From: Macrostomum lignano
Lineage: Eukaryota
Direction: 5' to 3'
DNA: 64,000 nt
Assembly: GCA_002269645.1 (NCBI GenBank)
Contig: NIVC01000655.1
Location: forward strand, 62,001-126,000
The position numbers and the translations under genes are program-made. Below are positions 48,495 to 60,900 of the stretch, piece by piece. A model generated the notes under the pieces. It saw only the letters and a program-made list of their open reading frames with translations, was not told the origin of the DNA and ran no database searches. Each line of letters starts with the position of its first letter. The stretch's first letter is position 1.

Positions 48495-51400
48495 TCAGTC
48501 CAGCACAGGGAAGACTCGCCCAGTCATGAACTGCTTGCCTTTGGTCCGCAGTTCGTCAATCCGCAAGCCGTCAAAGCCGGACAGCTGCAATCGAATCGTT
48601 CGATCGTGGGTCTTCTGCGTCTCCATTCGCTTCTTAAACAAATCGTAGTTCAAGTAGAGAAAGTGCAGGATTTTTCTATCCAATTCGTCCACTAAGACCA
48701 GCAGGCCCTGCTGACGGAAGAAGGTCATGCACAGCGGTTGGCATGGCGACACGATGGTTGCTAAGTCGGCCAAGGTGCCCGTGTCCTCGTCTAGGTAGAG
48801 AACGCTCACGCTGTTCTGGTTGATGTTCGTGACGCTGCCGATGAACACCAGGCCAAGGTCGGGGTCGATGGCCAGACCTTTGCCGATCAGCTTGACCACG
48901 GGCTCTTCTGAAGTGCAACATTTCATTTCTGTAAGCTTAGATTCCTTTTACTGGTTGGAGGGTTGATCTGAATCAGCTGAGAGCTCTCGCAATGGTTGGA
49001 GGGTTGATCAGAATCAACTGAGAGCTCTCGCACTGGCTGGAGGGTTGATCTGAATCAGCTGAGAGCTCTCGCACTGGCTGGAGGGTTGATCTGAATCAGC
49101 TGAGAGCTCTCGCACTGGCTGGAGGGTTGATCTGAATCAGCTGAGAGCTCTCGCAATGGTTGGAGGGTTGATCTGAATCAGCTGAGAGCTCTCGCAATGG
49201 TTGGAGGGTTAATCTGAATCAGCTGAGAGCTCTCGCACTGGCTGGAGGGTTGATCTGAATCAGCTGAGAGCTCTCGCACTGGTTGGAGGGTTGATCTGAA
49301 TCAGCTGAGAGCTCTCGCACTGGTTAGAGGGTTGATCTGAATCAGCTGAGAGCTCTCGCACTGGTTAGAGGGTTGATCTGAATCAGCTGAGAGCTCTCGC
49401 ACTGGCTGGAGGGTTGATCTGAATCAGCTGAGAGCTCTCGCAATGGTTGGAGGGTTGATCTGAATCAGCTGAGAGCTCTCGCACTGGCTGGAGGGTTGAT
49501 CTGAATCAGCTGAGAGCTCTCGCAATGGTTGGAGGGTTGATCTGAATCAGCTGAGAGCTCTCGCACTGGTTAGAGGGTTGATCTGAATCAGCTGAGAGCT
49601 CTCGCACTTTGGAAGAGTCAAATCAGCTTTGATCTGTTGCAATTGCGAGGCATTAAAATGAAACCAACTCAACCCAGAGGACCCAAAGCAGAAATAGCTG
49701 CAAGCAAATTAATCATCCAAACAGCAACAGGAGGCAGAACATACTACTGAATCACTATAGATACTACTAAGTTAAAACTGGGAGGGCTCCATGCAGAGCA
49801 AAGCGGTACATTACAGAGACACAAGGTGCATGTACAGTATGTGTAAGCAAACACCTGTGAAAATCTCTTCAGAGTGCAGGTGCAACAGCTGCAACACGTG
49901 ATGCCGGTGCTTGTCCACCACGGCGCAGGCGGAGGAAGTGGTCGACGTGACCAGCAGGATGTCGTCTAGGCTGGCGATTTCCGCTGGCTTGAAATTGCGA
50001 TCGTTTGGCACGCTGAGCTTGATCAGCTTCTGCGACTCCAGCCTGCGTGTTGGTGGGCGGAGTGGCTGGGAGAGTGACGAGGAGAGTGACGGAGAGAGTG
50101 CCAGGGAGAGTAATGGGGGAGTGACAGGGGGAGTCACGATGGAGTGACAGAGGGAGTCACGGGGAGAGTGACGGGGGAGTGACGGGAAGAGTGACACTGA
50201 AAAGTATGGGGAGACGAGGAAAGTGACGGGGAGAGTGCCGAGAGGAGTGACGAGAAGAGTGACCAAAGGAGTGACGGGGAGAGTAACACTAGAGTATGGG
50301 GAGTGTAACGAGGAGAGTGACGGGAAGAGTGCCGAGGGAGTGAAGAGAAGAATGACCATAAGAGTGACGGGGAGAGTAACGGGGAGAGTAACGGGGAGCA
50401 TGATTGGTAGAGTGACGAGGAGAGTGACGGGAAGAGTGACGGAAATTATGACTAGGAGGGTGGCAAGGAGTGACAAGGATAGTGGCCGGAGAGAGTGAAA
50501 GTGGAGAGTGACCTACTGTTGAGGCGGAAGCGGGGCCAGAGAATGGCGGCACAGTGAGATAACGCTAGAAAGTGAGCTGGAATTGCATAACAATGGTGCT
50601 CCAATATGCTGAAGGCGGAGATAAGAGCTTGAATAGAGATGATGCTTTACTAAATGCGCACAATACCTTACAGTGTACGAGTTGCGCACACTGCGAGTTT
50701 CATTGCACAATATTGCAAATCTTGCTTTTGGAAATCTTCCGAAACTTAGTCAATATGAGCGCATTAATAATAATATGAATAATTATTTAATAGTCAAATT
50801 GATAGTCTAAATGTAAGGTATAAATGTGTAAACAAAAAATAGATAAGGAAGCTCGCGGAGCTGAGAAAGCTGAAGAGATAAGAGACTCCATTATTCGGAT
50901 TAGTGAGCTGGGCATCTGAGACGATTCAAGTAAAAACCAAACTAATAGCAGCTAGCCACCTCCCGCAGTCACGGGTTCGTGTCCCGTGCAAGGGAGTTGT
51001 TGTTGAGTCTTCGAACTTCTTATCAGGACGACCGGCTTTTTAGCACCCACCCCCCTATACCCTTCCCAGTGATTCGAATTTTTTGGCTGGCAGAGTTTAG
51101 ATGAGCTTGCTGAGCTCGCTTGTTTACTCACCACGACTGCTCAAGAGACACGCGACTTTGAGATATCCCTCCAGCGGCACTGGGGGCGCCGGGAGGGGGG
51201 ACCTGCCGCAGCTGCGAACTTGGCTATAGAATGAAACTGCACAACCCTACGATTGGAGCAGGGACTACTATCGCTGGATTAGATGCCTGGACTGGGAAAA
51301 AGGTCGCAGGGATAAGTAAGGGTTTAGATTAGGGTTTAGGTTAGGGTTTAGATTAGGGTTTAGGTTAGGGTTTAGGTTAGGGTTTCGTTAGGGTTTAGGT

Positions 51401-54400
51401 TAGGGTTTAGGTTAGGGTTTAGGTTAGGTTTTAGATTAGGGTTTCGTTAGGGTTTAGGTTAGGGTTTAGGTTAGGCAGTGAATCGTCATAGATCCCAAGA
51501 ATTCGATAGATCCATGCAGACAGATTTTCACTCCCGGGAGCAGGGGTCAGATGACCCTCCGTGACCCCGGCTGGAACCAAAACATCTGTTCACAAATTTG
51601 CAAGACGGTTATTTTAACTTCGGGTCAACTACAAGCGGCATAACTAATAACGAAGGATGGGGGAGGTCAACTGACCCCTTTGTCCCCGCCCCCCCCGGAA
51701 TCAGTCACTATAAGATTCAAGGAACAATCCAGAGTGAACAGAGAAATAAAGGTCCATGAATCCCCGCCTATAGTGTAACCAAGCAGGTGTCCTTACTGCC
51801 GGCAAACTTAAGATAATAAATATTTCGCTACCAATATTTCTGGCCTCGGAAACAAGAGATTTATTTACTCGTAAATCCTCGAGATAAAACGGTGACTGTG
51901 TCTACAGAGAGAGAGAGAATGATGGGGTGGGTGGCCACCCATGAAGTGCCGTGCAGTCAAGTAGCGAAGCCGCTTATCAGTGTTGCTGGCTGACTGCATG
52001 GGCCGGCTGCTCACAGCTGCAGTAATGCTCAACTCATGAGAGACCTCCGGGTGATTTTCCTGTGAGATCGGTGTTTCTTTTATTTGAAAAAATTGTAATA
52101 TTATAGTCTTAAACATAATCTTTAGCTGGCTTGGGGTGGCTAGCTGGTGGCACAGTCCAGGGAATCCTAAAGACTTTAGGATTCCCTGCACAGTCAGTCA
52201 GACAGTCTGGTTCCCATGCACAAGTTCTCTTCAGGTTCTATAATCCATATTTATCCTTGAGCTTCAGCATTGCAGCAATGGCTTGGTCCCCTGATAATCA
52301 GGGGCATATATGGGCCTGCTGTTGGCCTGTGACAGGAGAGAGTAACAGGGGAGAGTGACAGAGAGAGTGACACGAGAGAGCAACGGAATAAGAGTGATAG
52401 AGAGTGACAGAGAGAGTGACACGAGAGAGTAACGGAATGAGAGTGAAAGAGAGAGTGACACGAGAGAGTAACAGAGAGAGTTACAAAGAGAGTGACAAAG
52501 AGAGTGACAGAGAGAGTGACACGAAATAGTAACAGGGACAGTGACAGAATAGAGTGACAGGAGAGAGTGACAAAGAGAGTGACAGGAGAGAGTGACAAAG
52601 AAAGTGACAGGAGAGAGTGACAGGAGAGAGTGACAGGAGAGAGTGACAGGAGAGAATGACAGGAGAGAGTGACAGGAGAGAGTGACAAAGAGAGTGACAG
52701 GAGAGAGTGACAGGAGAGAGTGACAGGAGAGAGTAACAGACGAGAGTGACGGGAGAGAGTGACAGGAGAGAGTGACAGGAGAGAGTAACAGAAGAGAGTG
52801 ACAGGAGAGAGTGACAGGAGAGAGTGACAGGAGAGAGAGTAACAGAAGAGAGTGACAGGAGAGAGTGACAGGAGAGAGTGACAGGAGAGAGTGACAGAAG
52901 AGAGTGACAGGAGAGAGTGACAGAAGAGAGTGACAGGAGAGAGTGACAAGAGAGAGTAACAGAGAGAGTGACAGAGAGAGTGACAGAGAGAGTGACACAA
53001 GAAATTAACGGAATAAGAGTGATAGAGAGTGACAGAGAGAGTGACAGGAGAGAGTGACAGGAGAGAGTGACAGAAGAGAGTGACAGGAGAGAGTGACAAG
53101 AGAGAGTAACAGAGAGAGTGACAGAGAGAGTGACAGAGAGAGTGACACAAGAAATTAACGGAATGAGAGTGATAGAGAGTGACAGAGAGAGTGACCGGAG
53201 AGAGTGACCGGAGAGAGTGACAGAATGAGAAAAGTCAATGGGACAGACTATACCGGATTTAGCAGGGTCAGAAATGCGAAATTTGATTGCAGGAAATCGG
53301 TAAAAAGTACTCATAAAATCCGGTAAAAACTGACCAAGCATCGAAGCGGAAGATGAGCTTCAGGTCGGATTTGTCCACAGCGTAGATCTGGCTGTCCAGC
53401 CTGTCGAAGTACACAAAAGACAGGTAGCAGCCTTGAAAGGTGGGGTTCACCATTCTGTTGGGGCGAGGGAGGGGGGTCGGTGAGGGGCGGTGGGAAGGCT
53501 TAAAAAGAGTATCTACCTCTCACCCTCCCTCCAGTCTCTCTCTACAGCTCTCTCTACCTCTCACCCTCCCTCCAGTCTCCCTCTCCATCTCTCTCTACCT
53601 CTCACCCTCCCTCCAGTCTCCCTCTCCATCTCTTTCTACCTCTCACCCTCCCTCCAATCTCTCTACAGCTCTCTCTACCTCTCACCCTCCCTCCAGTCTC
53701 CCTCTCCATCTCTTTCTACCTCTCACCCTCCCTCCAATCTCTCTACAGCTCTCTCTACCTCTCACCCTCCCTCCAGTCTCCCTCTCCATCTCTCTCTACC
53801 TCTCACCCTCCCTCCAGTATCTCTCTCCATCTCTCTCTACCTCTCACCCCTCCCTCCAGTCTCTCTCTACAGCTCTCTCTACCTCTCACCCTCCCTCCAG
53901 TCTCCCTCTCCATCTCTTTCTACCTCTCACCCTCCCTCCAATCTCTCTACAGCTCTCTCTACCTCTCACCCTCCCTCCAGTCTCCCTCTCCATCTCTCTC
54001 TACCTCTTACCCCTCCCTCCAGTCTCTCTCTACAGCTCTCTCTACCTCTCACCCCTCCCTCCAGTTTCATCTCATCTCTCTCTCTACATCTCATCTCACT
54101 CACTTCCCAATCTCCATCTCTACCCACAACCCCAGTCTCCTTCTCTCCATCTCCTTCTTCATCTCCCTCATTCCCTTATCCAACCTTCTGCAGTGGCTCC
54201 CGCCGAGCGGGTAGCAGCTGATGGCCCCATGCCGGCACAGCACAATGTCCACATCGAATTCCCTTGCGATGGTCACGCAGCTCTCGCAGTCGATGTCCAG
54301 CATCTTCATCGGGCCTCGGTAGGTGCCGGGCCGGTGCGGCGCCTCCCAGATCAGAGTCTGGCTTTTAGGCGCGTCAATCAGCAGGGCCATCTCGCCGCTG

Positions 54401-55388
54401 TCCAGACCCTGCACACAGCGCAGCGGGGCGCCGATCATGGCGTAGTCCAGGTGCTCAACCGGCTCGCCCGAGGCGAAGCTGCACTGGTTGCCTAACAATG
54501 CGCCCGAGATGGCGGAGGACTGCAGGCGGGACTTCTGGTCAAGGCGGATGTAGTCGCCGCTGGTGGTCAGGGGCAGCACGGTGGTCAGGCTGGTGGCCAT
54601 GAGGTCCTGCGAGATGAGGCGTGCATGATGGTCTTTGCTTTCGTTGCTAGCAATGTTGGCACCAATGGAAGGGGTTGCAGCCTAGTGGTCAGAGCGTCGG
54701 ACTCACGACTTGAAGGTCGGGGGTTCGATTCCCGATCGCACTGGAACAATTTGTGTCCTTGAGCAAGATATACTTGACTCTGCATTGCTTCAGTTCACCG
54801 AGCTGTAAAATGGGTGCCAGGGTAATTGAGGGTGTGTGGGCGACCCCCCAGTCCTTGGACTGAACAGCCGTACGCAGCCTTCAGATGCGCCGCGCAATAG
54901 CTGCGGCTGAGCTGTCGGTTGCACAGCAGGCCCAATTGGGGCAGGTGTAATGTAATCAATTGCTATATTATTATTATTCATTCCCCATAATGAAAACCCC
55001 ATTCTAAGCTTAGGCCATTATTTTAGTGAACCAAAAACACCCCGCAAAGTACAGCGCCGCCAACCTGGCAGTTGACCCTCCGTTTATTGGCCTCGCTGAT
55101 GTACTTCAGATAGGTGACGAATGCCAGTCCCCGACGCAGGGTGCCGGTTCCGCCGCAGCTGGCAGGCAGCTCGCTGGGCACAAAAGTGGCCAGCACAACC
55201 CAGTTGACGGCCTGCTCTTTGGTGATGCCGAACGTCAGAGCCGCGGCAGCAGCGGCGCCTACTGGCGTGCCGTAGCCCTGCATTGTGCCTTGCATGGTCC
55301 CGCCTGAGACCGTGGCGCCGCCCATGGTGCCCTGCATTGAACCGCCTGGCGACAGGGAGTTGTTCAGTTTGCCGATTGTGGGAGCCAT
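48495..55388 (-). CDS. Uncharacterised multi-exon protein, C-terminal part beta-rich (possibly beta-propeller-like)
   Basis: Confident phase-compatible exons: 55388-55065, 54606-54185, 53454-(~53335), 50048-49855, 48928-48495. Candidate middle exons near 52080-51940, 51226-51132 and 50654-50518 are not fully resolved. No family motif recognised. Confidence 0.65.
48953..49607. repeat. 41-bp intronic minisatellite GAGGGTTGATCTGAATCAGCTGAGAGCTCTCGCACTGGCTG
   Basis: About 16 units; internal palindromes CAGCTG and GAGAGCTCTC. Confidence 0.95.
50065..50512. repeat. Degenerate GAGAGTGACGGG-type intronic repeat
   Basis: Direct reading. Confidence 0.85.
51319..51475 (+). repeat. Interstitial telomere-like repeat (TTAGGGTTTAGG)n
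   Basis: Alternating TTAGGG and TTTAGG hexamers. Confidence 0.9.
52328..53225. repeat. Degenerate GAGAGTGACAGGA-type intronic repeat
   Basis: Direct reading. Confidence 0.9.
53510..54062. repeat. Pyrimidine-rich intronic repeat CTCTACCTCTCACCCTCCCTCCAGTCT
   Basis: Direct reading. Confidence 0.9.
54670..54830 (+). mobile_element. tRNA-derived SINE with a CORE(MIR)-like domain, copy 1 (intronic)
   Basis: A box TAGTGGTCAGAG, B box GGTTCGATTCC, then GTGTCCTTGAGCAAG...ACTTGAC...GCTTCAGTTCACCGAGCTGTAAAATGGG, resembling the MIR CORE consensus as recalled. Confidence 0.8.
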
Positions 55389-55767
55389 GCTTTGAACTGA
55401 AGTCAGTGCAATGTATGATTACGGGCTTGGTGAATCTGAATCAACACATTCATTGGGTAGATTGAATTCTAGATAAAGTGTGAATTCGTTATAGAAGAAC
55501 CATCCTTCGCATATGTTATGTGCATTTTTAGCCATAGACTGCTGCATGGACTGCCAGCGTATTCTCTGGTCTTGTAAGTTAAAAATGTGAAATTTTACAC
55601 AAAGAATTAAACACGAATTTTATTGTATTAGGTCATAAGCTACAAGCCAGAAGCTTCAGGGGTAGGCAAACTGCGGCTTGTGCCAAGCCTCTCTATCCGG
55701 GCCTCGGGTCCTTTGAAACTTCACAATAGCAATCCAATAGCAATTAATAGCTCAGGGCTTGTGTCTC

Positions 55768-55995
55768 TTCTCGGCTCTCTTCTCTCTAATTTCCTCCTCT
55801 AATCTCCTCTCTCTAATCTCCTCTCTCTAATCTCCTCTCTCTAATCTCCTCTCTCTAATCTCCTCTCTCTAATCTCCTCTCTCTAATCTCCTCTCCTCTC
55901 CTCTCCTCTCCTCTCCTCTCCTCTCCTCTCCTCTCCTCTCCTCTCCTCTCCTCTCCTCTCCTCTCCTCTCCTCTCCTCTCCTCTCCTCTCCTCTC
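55768..55995. repeat. (CTCTCTAATCTC)n followed by (CTCCT)n
   Basis: Direct reading. Confidence 0.95.
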
Positions 55996-56671
55996 AAAAA
56001 AATTTGCCAACCCCTGCCCCTGAACTAAACGGTTGAATTCACAAACCAGAATCTTCACCAGAAAATAAAATTTCACAGCGTACAGTTTGTGAGAACGCCA
56101 CTGCACGTATTGAGACTTAACAGCTCAATATTCCCAGGAAATGGTCAGTTGGCTTGGCAACACGCATGTAACTCGAACTTCGAACTTCTGTTCGCTGACA
56201 GAACTCATGTAGGTCGAGCAAAACCTTCTGATTCTTGTAAGATAACTCTATATTCCCATGTCCGTGGGAAACACTCACTCGATTGTGGCAATTTCTCTTC
56301 CCCGCTAATATTTTCAGAGGCAGATGGACAGACAGCACCGGAGCAGGAGACGTGTGCTGTGTCAGATCCTTACCGACTTCTGCCCAATCGTTTTGTGGGA
56401 AATTAATTAAGTACGGGGATTTGGGTCGGGGAACGAGTGGGAGCGGTTGACCAGGGTGGGTGGGAAAGTCCTGCACTGTGTGTGGCTTTTGGCGTCACAG
56501 TCTCGTCCCCTGTCTGCTGCCTACGCCGCCGCCGGAAACTCAGTGACTGTCTGTGAGATGCCGATAAATTCGAAAAGCGCACGGGGATTGCTAAGGAGTG
56601 TATTGTCGAGACTCAGTCAAGTCGCTAAATTCAAAGGAAACTGGCTGACCTACCAGACTGACGCCAACCCA

Positions 56672-57660
56672 GAGCAGTGCCCCCCCAAGGACAGTGCCCC
56701 CCCCCAAGGACAGTGCCCCCAAACACAGTGCCCCCCAAGGACAGTGCCCCCCAAGGACAGTGCCCCCCAAGGGCAGTGCTCCCCCAAAGACAGTGCCCCC
56801 AAGGACAGTGCCCCCCAAAGGCAGTGACTCCCAAGGACAGTGCCCCCAAGGACAGTGACCCCCAAGGACAGTGCCCCCCAAGGGCAGTGACCCCAAAGGA
56901 CAGTGCACCCCCAAGGGCAGTGACCCCCAAGGGCAGTGCTCCCCCCAAAGACAGTGCCCCCCAAGGACAGTGCCCCCCAAGGGCAGTGCTCCCCCAAAGA
57001 CAGTGCCCCCCAAGGACAGTGCCCCCAAGGGCAGTGACTCCCAAGGACAGTGCCCCCCAAGGACAGTGACCCCCAAGGACAGTGCCCCCCAAGGGCAGTG
57101 ACCCCAAAGGACAGTGCTCCCCAAGGGCAGTGCTCCCCCCAAAGACAGTGCCCCCAAGGACAGTGCCCCCAAGGGCAGTGACCCCCAAGGGCAGTGCTCC
57201 CCCCAAAGACAGTGCCCCCAAGGACAGTGCCCCCCAAGGGCAGTGCTCCCCCAAAGACAGTGCCCCCAAGGACAGTGCCCCCCAAGGGCAGTGACTCCCA
57301 AGGACAGTGCCCCCCAAGGACAGTGACCCCCAAGGACAGTGCCCCCAAGGGCAGTGACCCCAAGGGCAGTGCTCCCCCCAAAGACAGTGCCCCCCAAGGA
57401 CAGTGCCCTCAAGGACAGTGCCCCCAAAGACAGTGCCCCCCAAGGACAGTGCCCCCCCCAAGGACAGTGCCCCCCCAAGGACAGTGCCCCCCAAGGACTG
57501 TCGTTGGCGCCACTGTCTCTTAGGTTGGCGCCTCTGTCTCTTAGGTTGGCGCCATTGTTTTTTAGGTTGGCGCCACTGTTTTTAGGTTGGCGCCACTATC
57601 TCTTAGGTTGGCGTCACTGTCTCTTAGGTTAGCGCCCCTATCTCTTAGGTTCGCGCCCCT
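56672..57660. repeat. C-rich AAGGACAGTGCCCCC array (56672-57496) followed by a 21-bp TTAGGTTGGCGCCACTGTCTC array
   Basis: Direct reading; explains the ORFs at 56591-57632. Confidence 0.93.
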
Positions 57661-57980
57661 GTCTCCTCATGCAGGAGCTGATGTCATTCATAAAGCTCGA
57701 TAATAGCTCATGGATCTTTCATGCTATTCCATTCCAGTTCCCTCTGTTTAGGCGTCCATGTCAATACAAACAGCCTCACTTTGAGCTTCGAGGGGCACAG
57801 CGGGTTCTGGTTGGCTGGACTGTCCGCCCTCAACATATCCGACCAAATGCCATCCAATTAAGATTCAGCTATTCTAAACCTATAAAAATCACGCCAGGCC
57901 AATGTTTAGAATTGAAGTTGCTTTTTTCAGACTCAACTCGATATTTTAAAGTAAAGAACAATATTTTTATCAAGTTGAAA

Positions 57981-60900
57981 ATGCATCTCATGACTGTGCC
58001 ACAAGAGCAGGACTGCAAAGAGTTTAGCGATCTGGCGGACTGGGTGCTGGAGATGGAGCAGCAGAGGTCACCCGCGTTGCAGGTTAGTTGCTTTCAGGTG
58101 CTAATGATAAGTACAGTTTCCTTGACCTGACTTACAGCATGTTTGTCGGCTTGTATTATCATGCTCATATTGCACCCGATTGCTCATATTGACACCCGAT
58201 TGCTCATATTGACACCCCATTGCTCATATTGACACCCCATTGCTCATATAGGCACTCGATTGCTCATCTATTATTTTTTATGCTGAAATTCTTGTGTTGC
58301 TATCCATGTCAAATCAACCATATCTAAACATCTCAAAAGACTCAACCAGTAAAGCCTCATCTCGCCTTGCAGCATCCATCTCATCCGTGGATCAATCCCG
58401 ACCCTGCAACCGTAGTGCAGGAGACCTCAGACACCAAATCAGACATCGAACAGATGCAACCGCAGACAGTGCTGCAACTTCAAGAGCTTCAAGAATTCCA
58501 GTCGGTATATTCAACAACTGAAGCATTCGATGGCGGGAGAGCCGGCTTCTATTATGATGCCGAGTGTCCCAGCATCGCAGGGGTTCCGCAGTCGCAGAGC
58601 TCCTACGAGGACAGATTTTACAACTATCACGGCCAGTCAGACGGGATGACCGGCTGCGGCTGCAACAACACCAATTGCTGCTTTTATCGGTCAAGCAATT
58701 CGACTGACAACGAAAGCAATCTGCAGCAAGACTGCTGCGCCACGCTGACCACCAACGACTCATCGCATTGTGAGTTCGATTTGCTTGATGAATGAATCTA
58801 TTTGATCCTCAGATTTGTTTTCTGCGTGCGTCAGAACCTGAAGTCCCACTATAGCAACCTGAAGTCCCACTATAGCAACCTGAAGTCCCACTATAGCAAC
58901 CTGAAGTCCCACTATAGCAACCTGAAGTCCCACTATAGCAACCTGAAGTCCCACTATAGCAACCTGAAGTCCCACTATAGCAACCTGAAGTCCCACTATA
59001 GCAACATGAAGTCCCACTATAGCAACCTGAAGTCCCACTATAGCAACCTAAGTACCACTATAGCAACCTGAAGTCCCACTATAGCAACATGAAGTCCCAC
59101 TATAGCAGCCTGAGGTCCCACTATCGCAACCTGAAGTCCCACTATAGCAACCTGAAGTCACACTTTAGCAACCTAAGTACCACTATCGCAACCTGAGGTC
59201 CCACTATAGCAACCTACAGTACCACTATCGCAACCTGAAGTCCCACTATAGCAACCTGAAGTCCCACTATAGCAACCTGAAGTCCCACTATAGCAACCTG
59301 AAGTCCCATTCTTTGCAACCTGCAGAAGTCCCACTATAGCAACCTGAAGTCCTCATAAGCACCGCAAGAAAGGTATTTGTGTCAAGTAACCTTGAAAACC
59401 CACCGAACCGAATCTAGGGTTGCTGGGTAGAAAACATGTACCAGAGGGTAAAGTCATTTCATTTCTGACCCCCTCTCTCTCTCCTCACGCATGGGAGTGG
59501 AGTAGATTGGGACAAAGACCTTGTGTAATACAAAAGTAAATTGTGTTATCTATCTTCTCCACTCCATATTCGAAGCTAGCTTTCCCATTAGTTCGAATAT
59601 TCGAACATTTGAGACTGGAGAGTGACCAAAATTTTATCTCATGACTGTCTTAAAAGAATTATATTAGACAATTTTCAATTTTAGACAATTCATGGATTTC
59701 TGAGCTGCAGCCGCAGCCTCAGCTTCCGCACCTGTACCTGACGGAATTGGGGCCCAGCAGTAGCAGCAGCCACTGCAGCAGTGTCGAGAGTATGGCTGTG
59801 AGTCTACTTGATTGGGATCTGGGATTGGGGATCTGGGATTGGGGATCTGGGATTGGGGATCTGGGATTGGGGATCTGGGATAGGGGATTTCCGGTCTAGG
59901 ATCTGGAATATTTTTTTGCCATAAAATTTTTACATTCTCCTATAAAAATGGCGAAACAACAAAAATATCACTGTGAAAGTGAAACTAGAACTGAAATTCT
60001 CACTTATGCAAGCTCTTTCTGTTGAGTACTGCAATTGCACCCAGCCTTTAATTCGTTCATAAGACTCGGTCCTGATTGATAGCACTGGTTCCAGCCACAC
60101 GCCAGCACCCTGGGACAGAGGAGGCAAGCAAAGTAAAAGCAGAAAAGAATAAACAGGCCATGCAGTTCACAAAGCTCAAATCAAAGAACCCGCCATTCTG
60201 CCTCTTTGTTTCTCAACGCCTCTTTAAAGATTTAAGTTCTCTTCTGGTGTGATTTTCTCAACTTGAGTAAATCGGTTCTTTTGGATTAGCAAAGTAGGAA
60301 ATAATTTGCTTTTTCCTGAGAACCCGTGAGTCAGAACTGAAAAATAACTCACTCCATACATGACCTCACTCCATACATGACCTCACTCCATACATGAACT
60401 CACTCCAAACATGAACTCACTCCATACATGACCTCACTCCATACATGAACTCACTCCATACATGACCTCACTCCATACATGACCTCACTCCATACATGAC
60501 CTCACTCCATACATGACCTCACTCCATACATGAACTCACTCCATACATGACCTCACTCCATACATGACCTCACTCCATACATGAACTCACTCCATAACAA
60601 GACCTCACTCATGAATCCACAGATGGATCACCAAGCCAGCTGGTCAATGCTCCAGTCAGTGCCGCGCACGCAGCAGACTCAAAAACAGTCTGAGTCAAAA
60701 GTGCAATACCTGCAGCAGCAACAGCAGCAGCAGCAGCCGCAACAGCAGCAACAGCCGCAGCTTCAGCAGCAGTGCACCAACTGCGGCACAACCGAGACAA
60801 CCCTGTGGAGACGGGACGCAGTCACGGGTTCAACCGTGTGCAACGCGTGCGGACTTTACTACAAGCTGCACTTGGTAAGGACCTCTCTGCACGCTTTAGA

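Noticed and set aside
51535-51705. GGGGTCAGATGACCC / GGTCAACTGACCCC palindromes suggesting a MITE
   Set aside because: No terminal inverted repeats or TSD could be defined.
54670-54745. tRNA gene (also 62440-62513)
   Set aside because: A and B boxes are present but there is no pairing acceptor stem, and both copies continue into a shared non-tRNA body, so this is a SINE head.
57669-57980. N-terminal extension of GATA-B suggested by ORF 57669..58130
   Set aside because: AT-rich and atypical of the exons here, with an acceptor-like TTTTATCAAG just before ATG 57981; treated as non-coding, though not excluded.
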